The notes: generated by a model not told the origin, from the sequence alone. A stretch of DNA of 38,827 bases from Octopus bimaculoides (GCF_001194135.2 NC_068983.1:123789980-123828806); one strand, 5' to 3'; shown: positions 1 through 13,497, numbered from the stretch's first letter. Made by a program: numbers and translations.

Positions 1-33
<33 letters not shown>

Positions 34-879
34 GTGTGTGTGTGTGTGGATACAATATTAAGGATAATGGTGAGAATCGGTGGGATCTAGTCTTTTTCAT
101 TTGCAAAATCAGCCCCCTTTAATTTTGCTCAGATTGCTTTCAGTTTTGGTGTATCGATTCAACTCTGAATTTTGATTACAATCCAAAGCTCAATGTTGTC
201 CAGGGGAATGATTTTTATGTAGAGTGACAGAAACCCAACATATCATACCAGACAAATCTGCAGGTCATTTTCATTTTCACTGGCATGAGACTACAAAATA
301 ACAACATAATTGTTGTTTCATTGATTTAATCTTGTCACTTCTAATTCTGAGGTTAATAATGTTACCAACCTAACCATATACAAAACAATTTTCAACAGAG
401 CAGCCTCTTTCTTGAAGTACTATGCAGCTGTTGCTTTCCTGAGAAGCTATATTATGCAAGTAATATCACTACTACCACATGATCAGGGAACATTTAAGAA
501 TACGAAAGCAATTTGGTTTAACCCTTTCATAATTTAGACATCTTCAGGAATATAGGAGGCACAACTTATAATCAGTACAAAATTGCCATAAGTTCTTTAG
601 TGCACACACTGTTAAGGTTACCTATTTTGTCTAAATAATAATAGCTAACCTTACACCATCAAACAAGCCAAAAACAGAAATATACATTTACACTGTCTCC
701 ACCTCAATAACCATCTTAAAATTGTCAAAATAAGTCCACTTGTGGTGTGCCTTAGAAATTATACATTTTCAAAAGAATGATATACTGAACATCAGTTACA
801 CAATCTAATACAGTCCCAGTGGAAGTACATGGAGCTCACCACTTATGTCTTCAGTAGACATGACAGTCTGTACTCCTTT

Positions 880-1281
880 AGGTCTGTACTCCACTGCTCT
901 GTCACAATCTATTTGAAAGCTCAGTAACCAAGGACATCACTGCCTTACCATAACTTATAATAGTAGTGACACTGCTACACCACACTTCAACAAACTGCAA
1001 CTGTAGACTTTGCATATCTGAAAAGTTCCAGATACTAAAATAGCTCACAATATCCTCAACAGAAAACCTGAGTTGTTGTCCAACTGCCACCACAGGTGGG
1101 AATTCCTTTTACAGAATTTTTAGTCAGCCCCACATCTCAAACCAGATGCAATTTACCAGGGTCGACAACACTTTCAGCATCATGACCAACATTGAACAAT
1201 AAAAATCAACCTTACTAATAACTATTAAAGACTGGTTTTCACCGCTGAGTTGAAGATGGATTGTCATTTATTAAACATGTC
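880..1281 (+). mobile_element. Decayed Penelope-like element: C-terminal GIY-YIG region plus 3' UTR
   Basis: Frameshifted translation YSTALSQSI*KL..., CRLCISEKFQILK, NILNRKPELLSNCHHRWEFLLQNF* (stop 1121-1123) resembles the STxLSxxIWxL / CxLCxxEK / LNKRxELxSxCRH C-terminus of invertebrate PLE endonucleases (recognised from memory). Confidence 0.6.
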
Positions 1282-1674
1282 AGAATGACCACTGGCATAC
1301 ATTATGTATGTGTGTGAAAGTTTGGTTCCTCGATGAGTGTGTGTTTCTGCTAACTATAAATGTATAAACACAATTTTATGTTTAAACACAAGTTTGTACG
1401 ATAGTATTTTTATACTAGATATTTGTATAAGAATTTATTTTTCTTCTGAATATATGCATTGTCACTGTGTATATGTATGCCTACGTACAAATGTATGTGT
1501 GTGTGTGTGTGAGAGAGAGAGTGTGTCATTCTTACCTTATATATAATACATATCAGTATTTTATATATGGTCCTTTCAAAAGAAAAAAAATAATCAATGT
1601 TCCAATAAAAGATAGAAGTAGAGTGGATATAAATTCTTTTTGATCCAAAGAGAATTCAAAGACATATTCTTTAC

Positions 1675-2270
1675 CACCAGCACCACAACCACCACTAACA
1701 ACAACACTGTTACCTCCAACACTACCTCTGTATCAGGAACATTATATATCCATACATACATATGTATGTACATGTGTGTGTGTACACACAAACACACACA
1801 CACAACATTCTTTCTCCTATGGTTTGTCAACAGAAGGTTGGACACTACACATTCCAATACAGCCATTAACTTCCCGTTTTTATCATCACAACAGCCATAC
1901 CATCAACAACAACAACACCACAACCACCACTGCCACTGTCGCCACATCACCACCACCATCCCCACCATTACCACCGTCACCACCACTACCATCACCACAA
2001 CCACCACTGTCTCCACCAGCACTGCGTCCATCACTACCAAAATCACAATCACAGCTGCTGCCACTGTCAATGCATCACCATCAATATGACCATCACCACA
2101 GCCATCATAACTACCACCACATCTACCATCACCACCACCACCACTGTCACCACCACCACTACCACATCACAACCACTGCTACCGCCACCACCACTATTGC
2201 TGTTGTCATCACTGTTATCAGCAACACCAACATTATCCCCACAACCACCACCCCACTACCATTAACATTG
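1675..2270. repeat. Degenerate (CAC/CAT)n trinucleotide tract
   Basis: Visible directly; source of the spurious poly-His/Thr/Pro ORFs. Confidence 0.9.
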
Positions 2271-2510
2271 ACCAGGGCAGTCAGAGGCAAACTGCAGCCT
2301 GCAGACTTTCTGATTAGAATGCCTAATGAAAAATTACCTTGAATTTTTTTTTTAATAGCGCAGCCCACTTCTTGAGAAAGGTTGCCCATGCTTGGATGAG
2401 AGAGTATACTAACATGGCTGCTTGACATGGTAGAAATAGCAGTCAAATCTCTGTCAACTCACTGCTTACTGCCCTAAAAAAGCAGAAAAACTCATTGGAT
2501 AACAGAGTCC

Positions 2511-2760
2511 ATGATGGTGGTGGTGGTGGTGGTGGTGGTGTTGATAGTGGTGGCGGGTGTGTTCGTGGTCGTGGTGGTGGTGATTGTGGTGGTTGTGCTG
2601 AATGTTGTTGTTGTTGTGGTGGTGGTGGTGGTAGGTGTGTTCGTGATTGTGGTAGTTGTGGTGAATGTAGTGGTGGTTGTGGTGAATGTAGTGGTGGTGG
2701 TGGTGGTGGTGATGGCAGTAGTACTGGTGGTGATGGCAGTAGTACTGGTGGTGATGATGA
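2511..2760. repeat. Degenerate (GGT/GTT)n trinucleotide tract
   Basis: Visible directly; source of the spurious poly-Val/Gly ORFs. Confidence 0.9.
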
Positions 2761-3035
2761 AGGAAAAGTTCCATAAGTGGCTCGTCTGTTTTCCTATGTG
2801 TTCATTCTGTTGTCTGTATGTAAACAAAGTCCGTTTTTGTGCTTTATGTTCCCGTTCCTTTTTTGACGTCCTGTACCCAGATATGCATCTATATATGCAT
2901 GTAGATGTAGGTATGTACATAGATGTATGTATACATGCATATGCTCATATATCATTTGTATTATTAACATACCTGTTTCTGATTCTTACATATATATTTT
3001 GTTGAGTCAAAGGTTTTGCAATATTCTGGTAACTT

Positions 3036-3082
<47 letters not shown>
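3036..3082. repeat. (GAT)n microsatellite
   Basis: Pure array. Confidence 0.95.
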
Positions 3083-3083
<1 letters not shown>

Positions 3084-3377
3084 ATAGCTTCATAATTATG
3101 CATTTGCCAGTGACTCTACTGATGAACTATGGATGATTAATTAATCAATTGATTAACTAATTAATTGATTTATTTGATCATTAATAGTGAAATTCATGGT
3201 AATAGGGTTAACTGAGACTTTTATTCATTTAGATATCCTGCTCATTTACAAGCATTAAAGAAGAATCTTTCTTTTTGTAGTTTGGGTTTTGACTGCCCTT
3301 TGCAGCATGTTAAGAGTTCATATGGTGGTCTCCTCTCTGTGTATAAATTTTTATACACTATTATATANNNNNNNNNN

Positions 3378-3660
3378 ATCACTTAACATCCATTGTCCAT
3401 GCTGGCATGAGCTGGACAGTTTGACCTGGGCTGGTAAGCTGGAAAGCTGCACCAGACTCCAGTCTGGCATGGTTTTCTATACCTGGATGCCTTTCCTAAT
3501 GCCAACCACTCCAAGAATGTAATGGGTGCTTTTACGTGCCACCAGCGCAAGTGCCATTTGCATGACACCAGTATCTGCCACAACTGTGATTTTGATCCGC
3601 TTGATGGGTCTTCTTCTCAAGCACAACACAATGCCAAAGGTCTCAGTCATTGCCTCTGAG
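3378..3660 (-). mobile_element. SINE-like family B copy
   Basis: Reverse complement of the TTAGGAAGGGCATCCAG core and the CATGCCAGCATGGA 3' region. Confidence 0.8.
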
Positions 3661-3971
3661 ACCTTTGGCATTACAGTGATACATATATTTATATAAACAG
3701 TGACATATATATATATATATCATTCAAAGTGTACAGTATTATATATCCATTACAGCTGATCTTACCAATTGGTTTCATGCAGGAGATTCAACAAGGTGTT
3801 AGGTAACAAACCGATTATGTAACACTGCGGTCATCAGAGATAGCCTATATGGAATGAAATATGGCAACTGCTGTAATGGAAATATAACACTGTACACTTT
3901 GGATAATATACCCAGTCTATCGACAGATATACAAGTGCATTTTTTTCCTGACTTATGGACTCTTAGACGAC

Positions 3972-4023
<52 letters not shown>

Positions 4024-4295
4024 GTTTCATTAAATATATGACTACATTCAGGTTTTATCTTTTTATAAATTTTATATTTTCTTATTAGCATTTTACTGTT
4101 GGTTTGGAATAGTAAGTTCCTAAATGAGACATACATAAAAGCAAGCCGTCTCCTATAAAAACAAATATATATATATATATTATACATACATATATACATA
4201 CTTGCATGCATACATGCATCTATACGCACACACACANNNNNNNNNNNNNNNNNNNNNNNNNNNNNNNNNNNNNNNNNNNNNNNNNNNNNNNNNNN

Positions 4296-4359
<64 letters not shown>

Positions 4360-5940
4360 GTGTGTGTGTGTGTGTCTTCGTGTGTGTCTTCGTGTGTGTG
4401 TGTCTTCGTGTATGTGTAGGGGGTGTAAATGCATGAATCTATTAGGTGAAAAAATCAATAACTAGTATTGCAAACTCATCAAAAAACTATACTAAGCTTA
4501 TACTTAGATTTTCTCATTTCAATCGTTCAGGTCAGCTTCATTGTCAAACTTTCGATCAAGTTCATTTGCCCCCCTAAATGTGACCTAGATCAAATTAGTA
4601 AGAATACTGAGATAGGATTATACTTAGTGTTAAAGATAAACTCAAGATTAACCTTTGGTTTAATACAGGTGAGGTAATTACCTGGTTCTATCTCATCCAA
4701 AATGTGTAATCCTTTATTCTTCTTGTTTGACATTATTCCTCTGTTTCTCTGATTTTATTGAACAAAGCTTTCAATTCCACTGAGTAACTTACACTACTCT
4801 CTCTTTTAGATATTGGTATAATATCAATGGCAAGAAAAACCCTCATCTCTTTCATCAATAAGACATGGTATAGAACATCTAATAGTGACAATTTTTATAT
4901 AACAATGGGATTGTCAGACTTCTCACAAGTTACTGGTTTGGTTACCTTGTTCCTTCTTCGCCAATTCCACTTACATTTCCCAAATATTGAAGATAGCCTT
5001 TAAAGAGACAATGCTCTTCTTATCACCTCATGAGTACCTAAATTTTTATAGAAACTTTAATTTATTTATTACAATCAACAATAGTCATAAAATTGCTAAT
5101 TTTCTTCATACCACTTTATCATAAATTCAAATCCAATGAATATCTCAGATATATTAGTAATAAATTTAACCACCATAGGTTTGTCCTGAATAACATTTCT
5201 ATTAGAATCTCCAATCTATTGACTAATGAAGGTATGTATATTCAATAGCGATATCCCCTTATTATAATCAAGCCCTGTTTGTTAGTGGCTTCACTGATAA
5301 AATAAAGTACATTCAGAGCACTAAGCTCAAAATTTTGATTGTGCAATTAATCCCACACATTATACCAATTATGGCTGACTCTTATAGACTGAATATTGCT
5401 AATGGGATTATCTCTATTGATAATTTGAATACTCATGACTAATTCTCATAGAAGCTCCAGTGATAGAAATTCTTTCTCTATAGTTAATATTTTTGTTGGC
5501 CTTCTATCCCCATTTATGCCTGCAACAACATATGGGATTGACAGCTCCAATAGGGAGAACAGGTGTCATTCTCAAGGTATTTACTCTTTTTCAAAATGTT
5601 TGGATGGAATAGGAATAAGAGACATGAAGTTCTATGGTTTATACCTCCTTTCTGCTTGAAAGTTAAAGCCCTGCCATAATTATTCTTCAATATTCTTATA
5701 ACAAGATCTATTGTTAAAACAGGAAGGCCTAGCCAAGGTGGCCAAACTCCATGTGATCTTGGAAGCAAAAGAAATCTATCAAGGTTTTAAGAAAGAATAA
5801 TCACTGCCTAATGAACCAACAGTGAGACACAATCACCTTTTGCAGGCATCAGTTTTTTTAAAACATTTTCTTTTCATCATAGATCAATATGTTCTACCAA
5901 TGTTAGATAATTATTTACTTTTACTTCAGTTATATATATA

Positions 5941-8132
5941 TTGGGTCATCCCATAAATAATGCAGTTTTTTTCAATTGCATGAACTAAAAGTCGGAGAGA
6001 GACAAGATAAACTACTTCCAACAACTTGCTATAAAAGCAGGTAGTAATTTTATCTTGTCCTTATTCTTAGTGCAAGTTTTGAAGAGTGCAGTTGAATTTT
6101 AACAGTTATTTTTTTAAAGCTATAATGGAAGTGACAAAGGAGCATGTTTTGCTTTATGAGTTCAATAAAGGCAACAATGCAATAGAAAGTGCAAGGAATA
6201 TTAATGCAGTATATGGGGATCGGACAATAAGTGTAAGCCAGTGTCAACGGTGGTTCCAGAAATTCCAAGCTGGAAACAACAGCCTAGAATATGGGCCTCG
6301 TCCTGGAAGATTTGTAGAGCTTGAAGAGGACGTCTTGCAAACCCTAGTGGAACAAAATCCCATTGTAACTGTTGAGGAACTAGCAGAGAAACTTGGATTT
6401 GGTCATTCAACCATTCATCAACACCTGCGTGCCATTGGAAAAGTCAGCAAATTGGGTCAATGGGTTCCTCACAAACTTTCCAAGTCTAATCGGGCACTGA
6501 GACTGAATGGGTGCTCTTCTTTGCTGTCACATCTCACAAATGTGACCGAATAGTGACTGGTGACAAGAAATGGGTTCTCTATAAAAATGTCAGGTGCTGG
6601 AGACAGTGGGTAGGGAAAGGAGAAACACTGGCACCTCAAACTAAAGAAGGTCTTCACCCACGTTAGGTGCTGTTTGATGAGATATGAAAGGTTTAGTCGA
6701 CTTTGAATATCTAAACCCAAACCAAATGATAACAAAGGAGGGATCTTGTTCAAAACGGGGGGCACCAGTATTTTCTTAACGAAACACTTTTAAACTTGGG
6801 ACACTGGTAGAATGTGTCATATAAAACATCTTTTTCTCTTAGTCTTCTTAACAAAAAAACGTACATCGCAAGTTATTTCATGTTAAAGTTGTCGTATTTC
6901 TGTAATTTCAACCAATGACTGATGTCCATTCAGCCGTAAAAATTAAGTGCTGACTACGTAAACAAACGATTCGCAGCGGTGATAAAATTATTATTTCCTT
7001 GTCAAAAAATGGCTTAAGCATATTGGCAGTAGNNNNNNNNNNNNNNNNNNNNNNNNNNNNNNNNNNNNNNNNNNNNNNNNNNNNNNNNNNNNNNNNNNNN
7101 NNNNNNNNNNNNNNNNNNNNNNNNNNNNNNNNNNNNNNNNNNNNNNNNNNNNNNNNNNNNNNNNNNNNNNNNNNNNNNNNNNNNNNNNNNNNNNNNNNNN
7201 NNNNNNNNNNNNNNNNNNNNNNNNNNNNNNNNNNNNNNNNNNNNNNNNNNNNNNNNNNNNNNNNNNNNNNNNNNNNNNNNNNNNNNNNNNNNNNNNNNNN
7301 NNNNNNNNNNNNNNNNNNNNNNNNNNNNNNNNNNNNNNNNNNNNNNNNNNNNNNNNNNNNNNNNNNNNNNNNNNNNNNNNNNNNNNNNNNNNNNNNNNNN
7401 NNNNNNNNNNNNNNNNNNNNNNNNNNNNNNNNNNNNNNNNNNNNNNNNNNNNNNNNNNNNNNNNNNNNNNNNNNNNNNNNNNNNNNNNNNNNNNNNNNNN
7501 NNNNNNNNNNNNNNNNACATGAAATAAATCCGAATACAAAAATTTTTTTCTGTTCTATAACACAAAATAGATAAGTATACGAAGTTTGAAAGTCTTTCGG
7601 TACCAAAAACACTACATAAAACATTAATGAAAACTGGTGCCCCCGTTTTGAACAAGATCCCAAAGGAGATCTACTGTGAGCAGCTTGAGTAGCTTAAGTC
7701 AGCACTAGAAGAAAAACGACCATCTTTGGTTTCAAGATGAATGGTGTTCTTCCATCAGGATAATGCTCAGCCACATATAGTGAGGATGACATTCCAAAGG
7801 CTGGAGGAGTTTGAATGGGAAACAATGCCCCACCCACCATATTTGCCAAGCAATGCCCTATCTGATTATCATTTATTCTGCGGTCTTCAAAACCATTTGA
7901 ATGGAGAAAATATGAATTCTGTAGCTGAGGTCACAACAGTACTGGAGAAGTATTTTTCATCATGGACAAGTGAATTTTGGAAGAGGGGCCTGGCAAGTCT
8001 ATCAAATAGATGGAAGAGCATTGTAGAAAATGAAGGAGAGTATATTTTAGATTAAAAAAGAATTTTGTTTATTTTAATTTTGAAAAATAAAAGAAATATT
8101 AAAAAAACTGCATTATTTATGGGATGATCGAA
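5941..8132 (+). mobile_element. Mariner (DD34D) transposon, decayed, about 1.26 kb without the nested insert
   Basis: 32-bp TIRs (5941-5972 and 8101-8132, 2 mismatches) flanked by TA. Motifs WVPHKLS, IVTGDKKWVLYKN, FHQDNAQPH and HPPYLPSNALSDYHLF, with stops and frameshifts. Confidence 0.95.
6741..7660. mobile_element. Non-autonomous DNA transposon nested in the mariner, Merlin-like (8-bp TSD, GG...CC ends)
   Basis: About 28-bp TIR GGATCTTGTTCAAAACGGGGG(G)CACCAG at both ends; TSD CAAAGGAG at 6733-6740 and 7661-7668. Removing it restores mariner ITKEIYCEQLE. Centre is an N gap (7033-7516). Superfamily assignment is inference. Confidence 0.8.
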
Positions 8133-8775
8133 TACTTGCCCTAGCTTAGATTATCCTTATCAAAATTTTTGAATTTATTCCTTAACATAGTCTGATATCA
8201 TACCTTAAAATATATTCAATATTTAAGTCCCTTAGACTTGTATTTTTGATTAAATGATTATAAAATATTCATATATTTGTAGCAACCTCTTCTAAAAAAT
8301 TATCTTCCTTTAGCCTTCATTTTTATTTTATTTTCTTTAAATTTTCTTTTGTCACTTATACTACACGGCAAGGATGACTACTAAGCCTCCTCACTGGCCA
8401 GACATTTAGGAAGACATTTACTGGCTTCCCCTATCTCCTCTCCCTTAATTATATCTCTTTGATATCCACCCCAACCATATATCCTTGTATTTTGATTTAT
8501 AATACACTTTGCTATTCTGTCATTTGAATGAACACTCACTTATCTATTATGAATATCCCTCCTCCCTTTTTAACTCCATTCCTTCTTTCTATCCTCCTTC
8601 TATATATCTTTCCTCTTATTCCCTCCCACACTTTTTTTTTATTCTTTTGATCTTCCTTTGACATCAATGAAAAGTTTTTTCATTGATGTATTACCTATCC
8701 AATTACCCATCCACCCCACTTTTCCCCATCTTTTATTGAAGTGGGACCTTATATTTATATTAATTTCTTTTTAAT

Positions 8776-9185
8776 TCTTTTTACTTGTTTCAGTCATTTG
8801 ACTGCAGCCATGCTGGAGCACCACCTTGAATTTTTTTAGTCAAATAGATTCACCCCAGGACTTATTTTTTTTAAGCTTATTACTTATTCCATCAGTTCCT
8901 TTCTGCCGAACTGCTAAATTATATGGACATAAACACACCAACACCGGTTGTAAAGCGGTGATGGAGGGAGGGACAAACACTGACACAAAGACACACACAG
9001 ATATATATATATATATATATATATAGTGGTCTTCTTTCAGTCCATCTACCAAATCCACTCACAAGGCTTTGGTTGACCCAGGGCTATAGTAGAAGACACT
9101 TACCCAAGGTGATACACACTGGGACTAAACCCAGGACTATGTGGTTGGAAAGCAAGCTTCTTACCACACAGCCAAGCCTCTGCCT
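8776..9185 (-). mobile_element. tRNA-derived SINE family A, near full length
   Basis: Reverse-complement homolog of 28588-28996. Partial copies also at about 10202-10345 (-), 29370-29597 (+) and 31370-31505 (+). Confidence 0.85.
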
Positions 9186-9854
9186 ATGTATAAAGAATAT
9201 CTCTAACTGCTAGATTTATTCCTTCTGAGACAGATGAGATATATGACAACGCAGTTATTGCTTCAATTGATTTTATATTTAATATTTAATACCACTTTAG
9301 TACACATATATGTCTACATAATGCACATTACTGCATCTATTTGCCACAAAATCTCTGAAACAGCTGTAAAAGACAGTCTTGAGTTTTCTCATTTCTTCTC
9401 AATTGTATTTTTGCATATGGTATCTCTCAAGACGCCTACCTGTTTATGAAGGACTACTATGGGCTGTCTTTCTGATTTCTGCTTAATATTTTATATGCAT
9501 ATTTGTGTAACTTAATTATCAATATTTTCATGACATAAACAGCTACCTGTCCATCTTTTATTCTATCTTTATTTTTATTGGATTGACTAATACATTCCAT
9601 ATAGCTATCTTTTATTTACTTGGTTTATGTTTCCCATGGTTTGACATTGAATTTTAGGATTCTAATCTGGTCAGAGTACTTACTTGTGTCTATTCTATGC
9701 CTTGTAATATATTATTATCCATTATATGTGTGTGTGTGTGCGTGCGTATCATCTATTCTATCTATTCATCATATTTTGTTGAAATGCACATATGCCCTAT
9801 AAAGCTTTGAATACCACTTATTTTCTACTTATTTCTTTCTACTATATATATTTA

Positions 9855-9945
<91 letters not shown>

Positions 9946-10390
9946 ATTTATGATGAGCCAAAAGAAAGCACAAATGTACAAATTATGCTAGCCATCATAG
10001 TGCTATCAAAATTTATGACTGCTTTATACAGTAGTTGCATTATGCTACAGGTTGGAGATGGAAGCAAGATATGTCTTTTCTGACGAGTGGTCAACAATCC
10101 AAGAGACAGTCCATCAGGAGACTCCCTCCCTCTTTTCTCCTCACTTCAATTGCATACTGTACACACACACACACACGTATATATATATATATATATATAT
10201 ATCTTTTATCTTTCACATATTTCAGCCACTGGACTGTGACCATGCCAAGACACCCCGCTGAAGGGTTTTTGTCAAACAAACTAACCTCAGTGCTAATTTT
10301 CTTTTTCATCTGGTGCTTATTCTATCAGTCTCTTTTACCAAACTGCTATTAACTCCCAGCATACACATGCACACACATATAGACATGTGT

Positions 10391-10433
<43 letters not shown>

Positions 10434-10482
10434 TCAGTAAATCATAAATCTGAAAGCGAAGCACACTCTAAGCAATGGATTA

Positions 10483-10607
10483 TTTAGAGAATGTTAGTTA
10501 TGGTCGTTTCATAGGGTTACCCAGGGTTACATGTGTAAAGTTAAATGTTTTGTGGTTGTGAGACCTTGGGTAACCTTATGAACTGGCCATATCTAACCTT
10601 TTCTAAA
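10483..10607 (+). other. Long hairpin, 44-bp stem (pre-miRNA-like or MITE relic)
   Basis: Arms 10483-10526 and 10564-10607: 36 Watson-Crick pairs, 5 G-U pairs, 3 mismatches on the + strand. Confidence 0.7.
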
Positions 10608-11185
10608 CAAGTGCATATATACATATATATATATATATATATAATGCATTTCCTACTATATAATATGCAAATCTGAAATGTACATATTAAATGGTTTTAA
10701 AATATGACTATTTGGTTTGACTTCAATTTCACAACTATACATACATACATACATACATACATACATACTTACATACATACATATATATATATAAAATTCG
10801 AGAAGAGGTTATGTTTGCCTCATGAAGGGATAGTGTCATCCAAGGAAATACAGGTTCAATACCTAATATTTGGGGGTGGAATTTATTTCCTTAAAATAAT
10901 AGGTATGTATATAAAAACCTGTAGGAGGAGAAGAGAGAGAGAGGAGAATGAAGACTAGAAAGAGAGAGAGAGGGGTGAATTGAGACTAGAGAGAAAGGAG
11001 AATGGACACTAGAAAATGATTGGTACTTTATTTATTCATCTCTAAAGGATGAAACTTAAATTTGACTTTGACAAGATTTGAACTCAGAACATGCATACCC
11101 AGAATGAATACAACTAGACAGTCAATCCATTTGGCCACCTTTGTGTCCAAGCATGTTTATGTGTTTCTATGTGTGTAAACATACG

Positions 11186-11256
<71 letters not shown>

Positions 11257-11282
11257 TAATGTTTAGTTTTTGTCAAGTTGTA

Positions 11283-12536
11283 TCAGGCTGAGTAAAAAGT
11301 AAGCAATATTTTGAAACATGAAATTCATCACAATATATTTCAACAATGCAGAAATTTTATTCATCAAAGTAAGTACCATGACAATCAACATATTTTTGCC
11401 AACAAGTTACGGGTTTGTTTATTCTGCTAACATAAAAATCTGAAGTTCTGGAGCTGATGAACTCTTTGAACACACTTCCAGCATTGATTTGATTTTTGAA
11501 CTCCTTCGCTCACAGGAAATCATCAAGGTGCTTGAAAAGGTGGTAGTCGGTAAGAGAAAAGTCTGGGGAATAAGCTGGGTGGGGAAGAACTTCACAGCCA
11601 AGTTTTCTCAACTTCTGGAACGTCATTGGTGAAACATGTGGTCAAGCATTGTCATGAAGAATGATTGGCTCTCTTCTGTTGACCAGTCTAGGACAGAGGA
11701 ATTGCAGTTTTTCGTTCATTTTGGCAATTTCATAAGTTTTAAGAAGTTATAGTGGATCCAGCAATACACCAGCAAACAGTCACCATAACCTTCTTTTTGA
11801 AGAGCTTGAGTTTAGGGAAGGTTTTCGGTGCTTCATTTTGGCCCAACCACTGCAAAGAATGCTTTTCATTACCATACAGAATCCACTTTCCATCTCAAGT
11901 TACAATACAGTCAAAAAATGGATTAGTCTGGTTACGGAGTTGAAGTGACAAGCAAATTTCATATCTGCGCATTTAATGATTTTCATTCAATTCGTGTGGT
12001 ACCCATTTGTCAAGCATTTTTTGATTTTCTGATCACATGCAAATGGTTGCAGGCAGTTTTCTGGCTAACTTGAAGTTCTTTTACCAGTTCCCAAGTTGTT
12101 TTATGTGGATCTTTCTCAATGACGGTCTTTAATTGACCGTCATCAATGACAGATGGGCGTCCACTATGCTCACGAACTTCAAGGCTCAGGACTCCACTGC
12201 AAATTCGTTTAAGCCATTTTCAAACTGACCACTCACTGGTCATTTCCTCGCCAAATGTTTCGTTGATATCGTGAGCAGTTTCAGCTGCTTTATGTCCTTT
12301 TATGAAGTTGAATAGCAAAATTGCTTGAATATCATGCTTTGACAGTTCCATTTCAGATGATTGTAACAAAGGTGAAAAAAAATCAGTGTTAATTTATTGA
12401 TGTATTTGGGCAAGTCTATGTCTGTATTATCAGACAATGGCAAAACAATGTTTAAAAAAAAAAATGTTTAACTCTGCAAAAATTTGGTGCAAATTCTTCA
12501 TGGTGCAAAACGTTGCTTACTTTTTACTGAACCTGA
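11283..12536 (-). mobile_element. Second mariner (DD34D) transposon, decayed, 1254 bp
   Basis: TIRs TCAGGCTGAGTAAAAAGTAAGCAA and TCAGGTTCAGTAAAAAGTAAGCAA with TA TSDs. Minus-strand motifs LDKWVPH, IVT*DGKWI, ILHDNA*PH and HPAYSPDFSLTDYH. Confidence 0.93.
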
Positions 12537-12756
12537 TATATAAAAAACCCACTTAACATTAAACTGAAAAGATTCCTTAATACTTTTAGTAGAGTACATG
12601 TATTTTAAACCTATACCAAGAAAAGGTTGACTGTGAATTCGAAGTTTGACTTGTTCACCTTGGTCAAATTGGGACAAAGGTGAGCCACCTGAAACTTAGA
12701 AGTCATTATCAACCTTTACCTTGTAAGAGTTTTATACATACATACATTCATACATC

Positions 12757-12862
<106 letters not shown>

Positions 12863-13212
12863 AATTTGCTATTTTCTTTTACATACATATGTACATAGGT
12901 ACAAACATACATGCATACATACTAGTGTACATTAAACAGTGTGTATAGATCAATACTATAAATCTTGTTTAATGTCAGGATATATAATCTGTTAATCCTG
13001 TATGAGTATTTAACATTGTTACAGCCAGCTTGTGTAGGTATTAGCTAAGTCTGGGTTGTTGTTGTTGTTGCTGCTGCTACTGAAGGTGGTGGTGGTGGTG
13101 ATATAATGTTTACTTATGTATAAAAGTGTACAGGTGATCATGGTACCACCTATACTGTATGTGTGTGTGTGTGTTTGTACATATATAAATACATACACCC
13201 ACACACATACAT

Positions 13213-13251
<39 letters not shown>

Positions 13252-13261
13252 AATATATATC

Positions 13262-13497
13262 ATCATCATGTAAAAAGCACTGGTGCTGGTACCACATAAA
13301 AAGCACTGGTGGTGGGGCCACATAAAAGCACCCACTACACTCTGTAAAGTGGTTGGCATTAGGAAGGGCATCCAGCTGTAGAAACCAATCTAAAACAGAC
13401 TATAGAACATGGTGCAGCCTCTGACCAAGCCAGCTACTGTCAAGCCATTCCAACTCATGCCAGCATGGAAATCAGGTATTAATTGATGATAAGATAA
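13262..13497 (+). mobile_element. SINE-like family B copy
   Basis: Same core and (GAT)-type tail; 5' part is a ~26-bp tandem unit AAAAAGCACTGGTGCTGGTACCACAT. Confidence 0.8.

Noticed and set aside
1594-3136. Poly-His/Thr/Val/Gly/Asp ORFs in the ORF track
   Set aside because: Translations of trinucleotide microsatellites, open in several frames on both strands, with no splice or homology support. The Hv1 loop differs: non-repetitive codons, a single frame and flanking channel helices.
3141-3156. 16-bp palindrome TTAATCAATTGATTAA
   Set aside because: Low-complexity AT-rich context where such palindromes arise readily.
4970-5040. Minus-strand exon-like segment with AG and GTAAGT
   Set aside because: Stop codons in all three frames.
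6908-7663. Long ORFs spanning N runs (also 33938-34606, 13390-13785, 4180-4465)
   Set aside because: Artefacts of gaps lacking stop codons.
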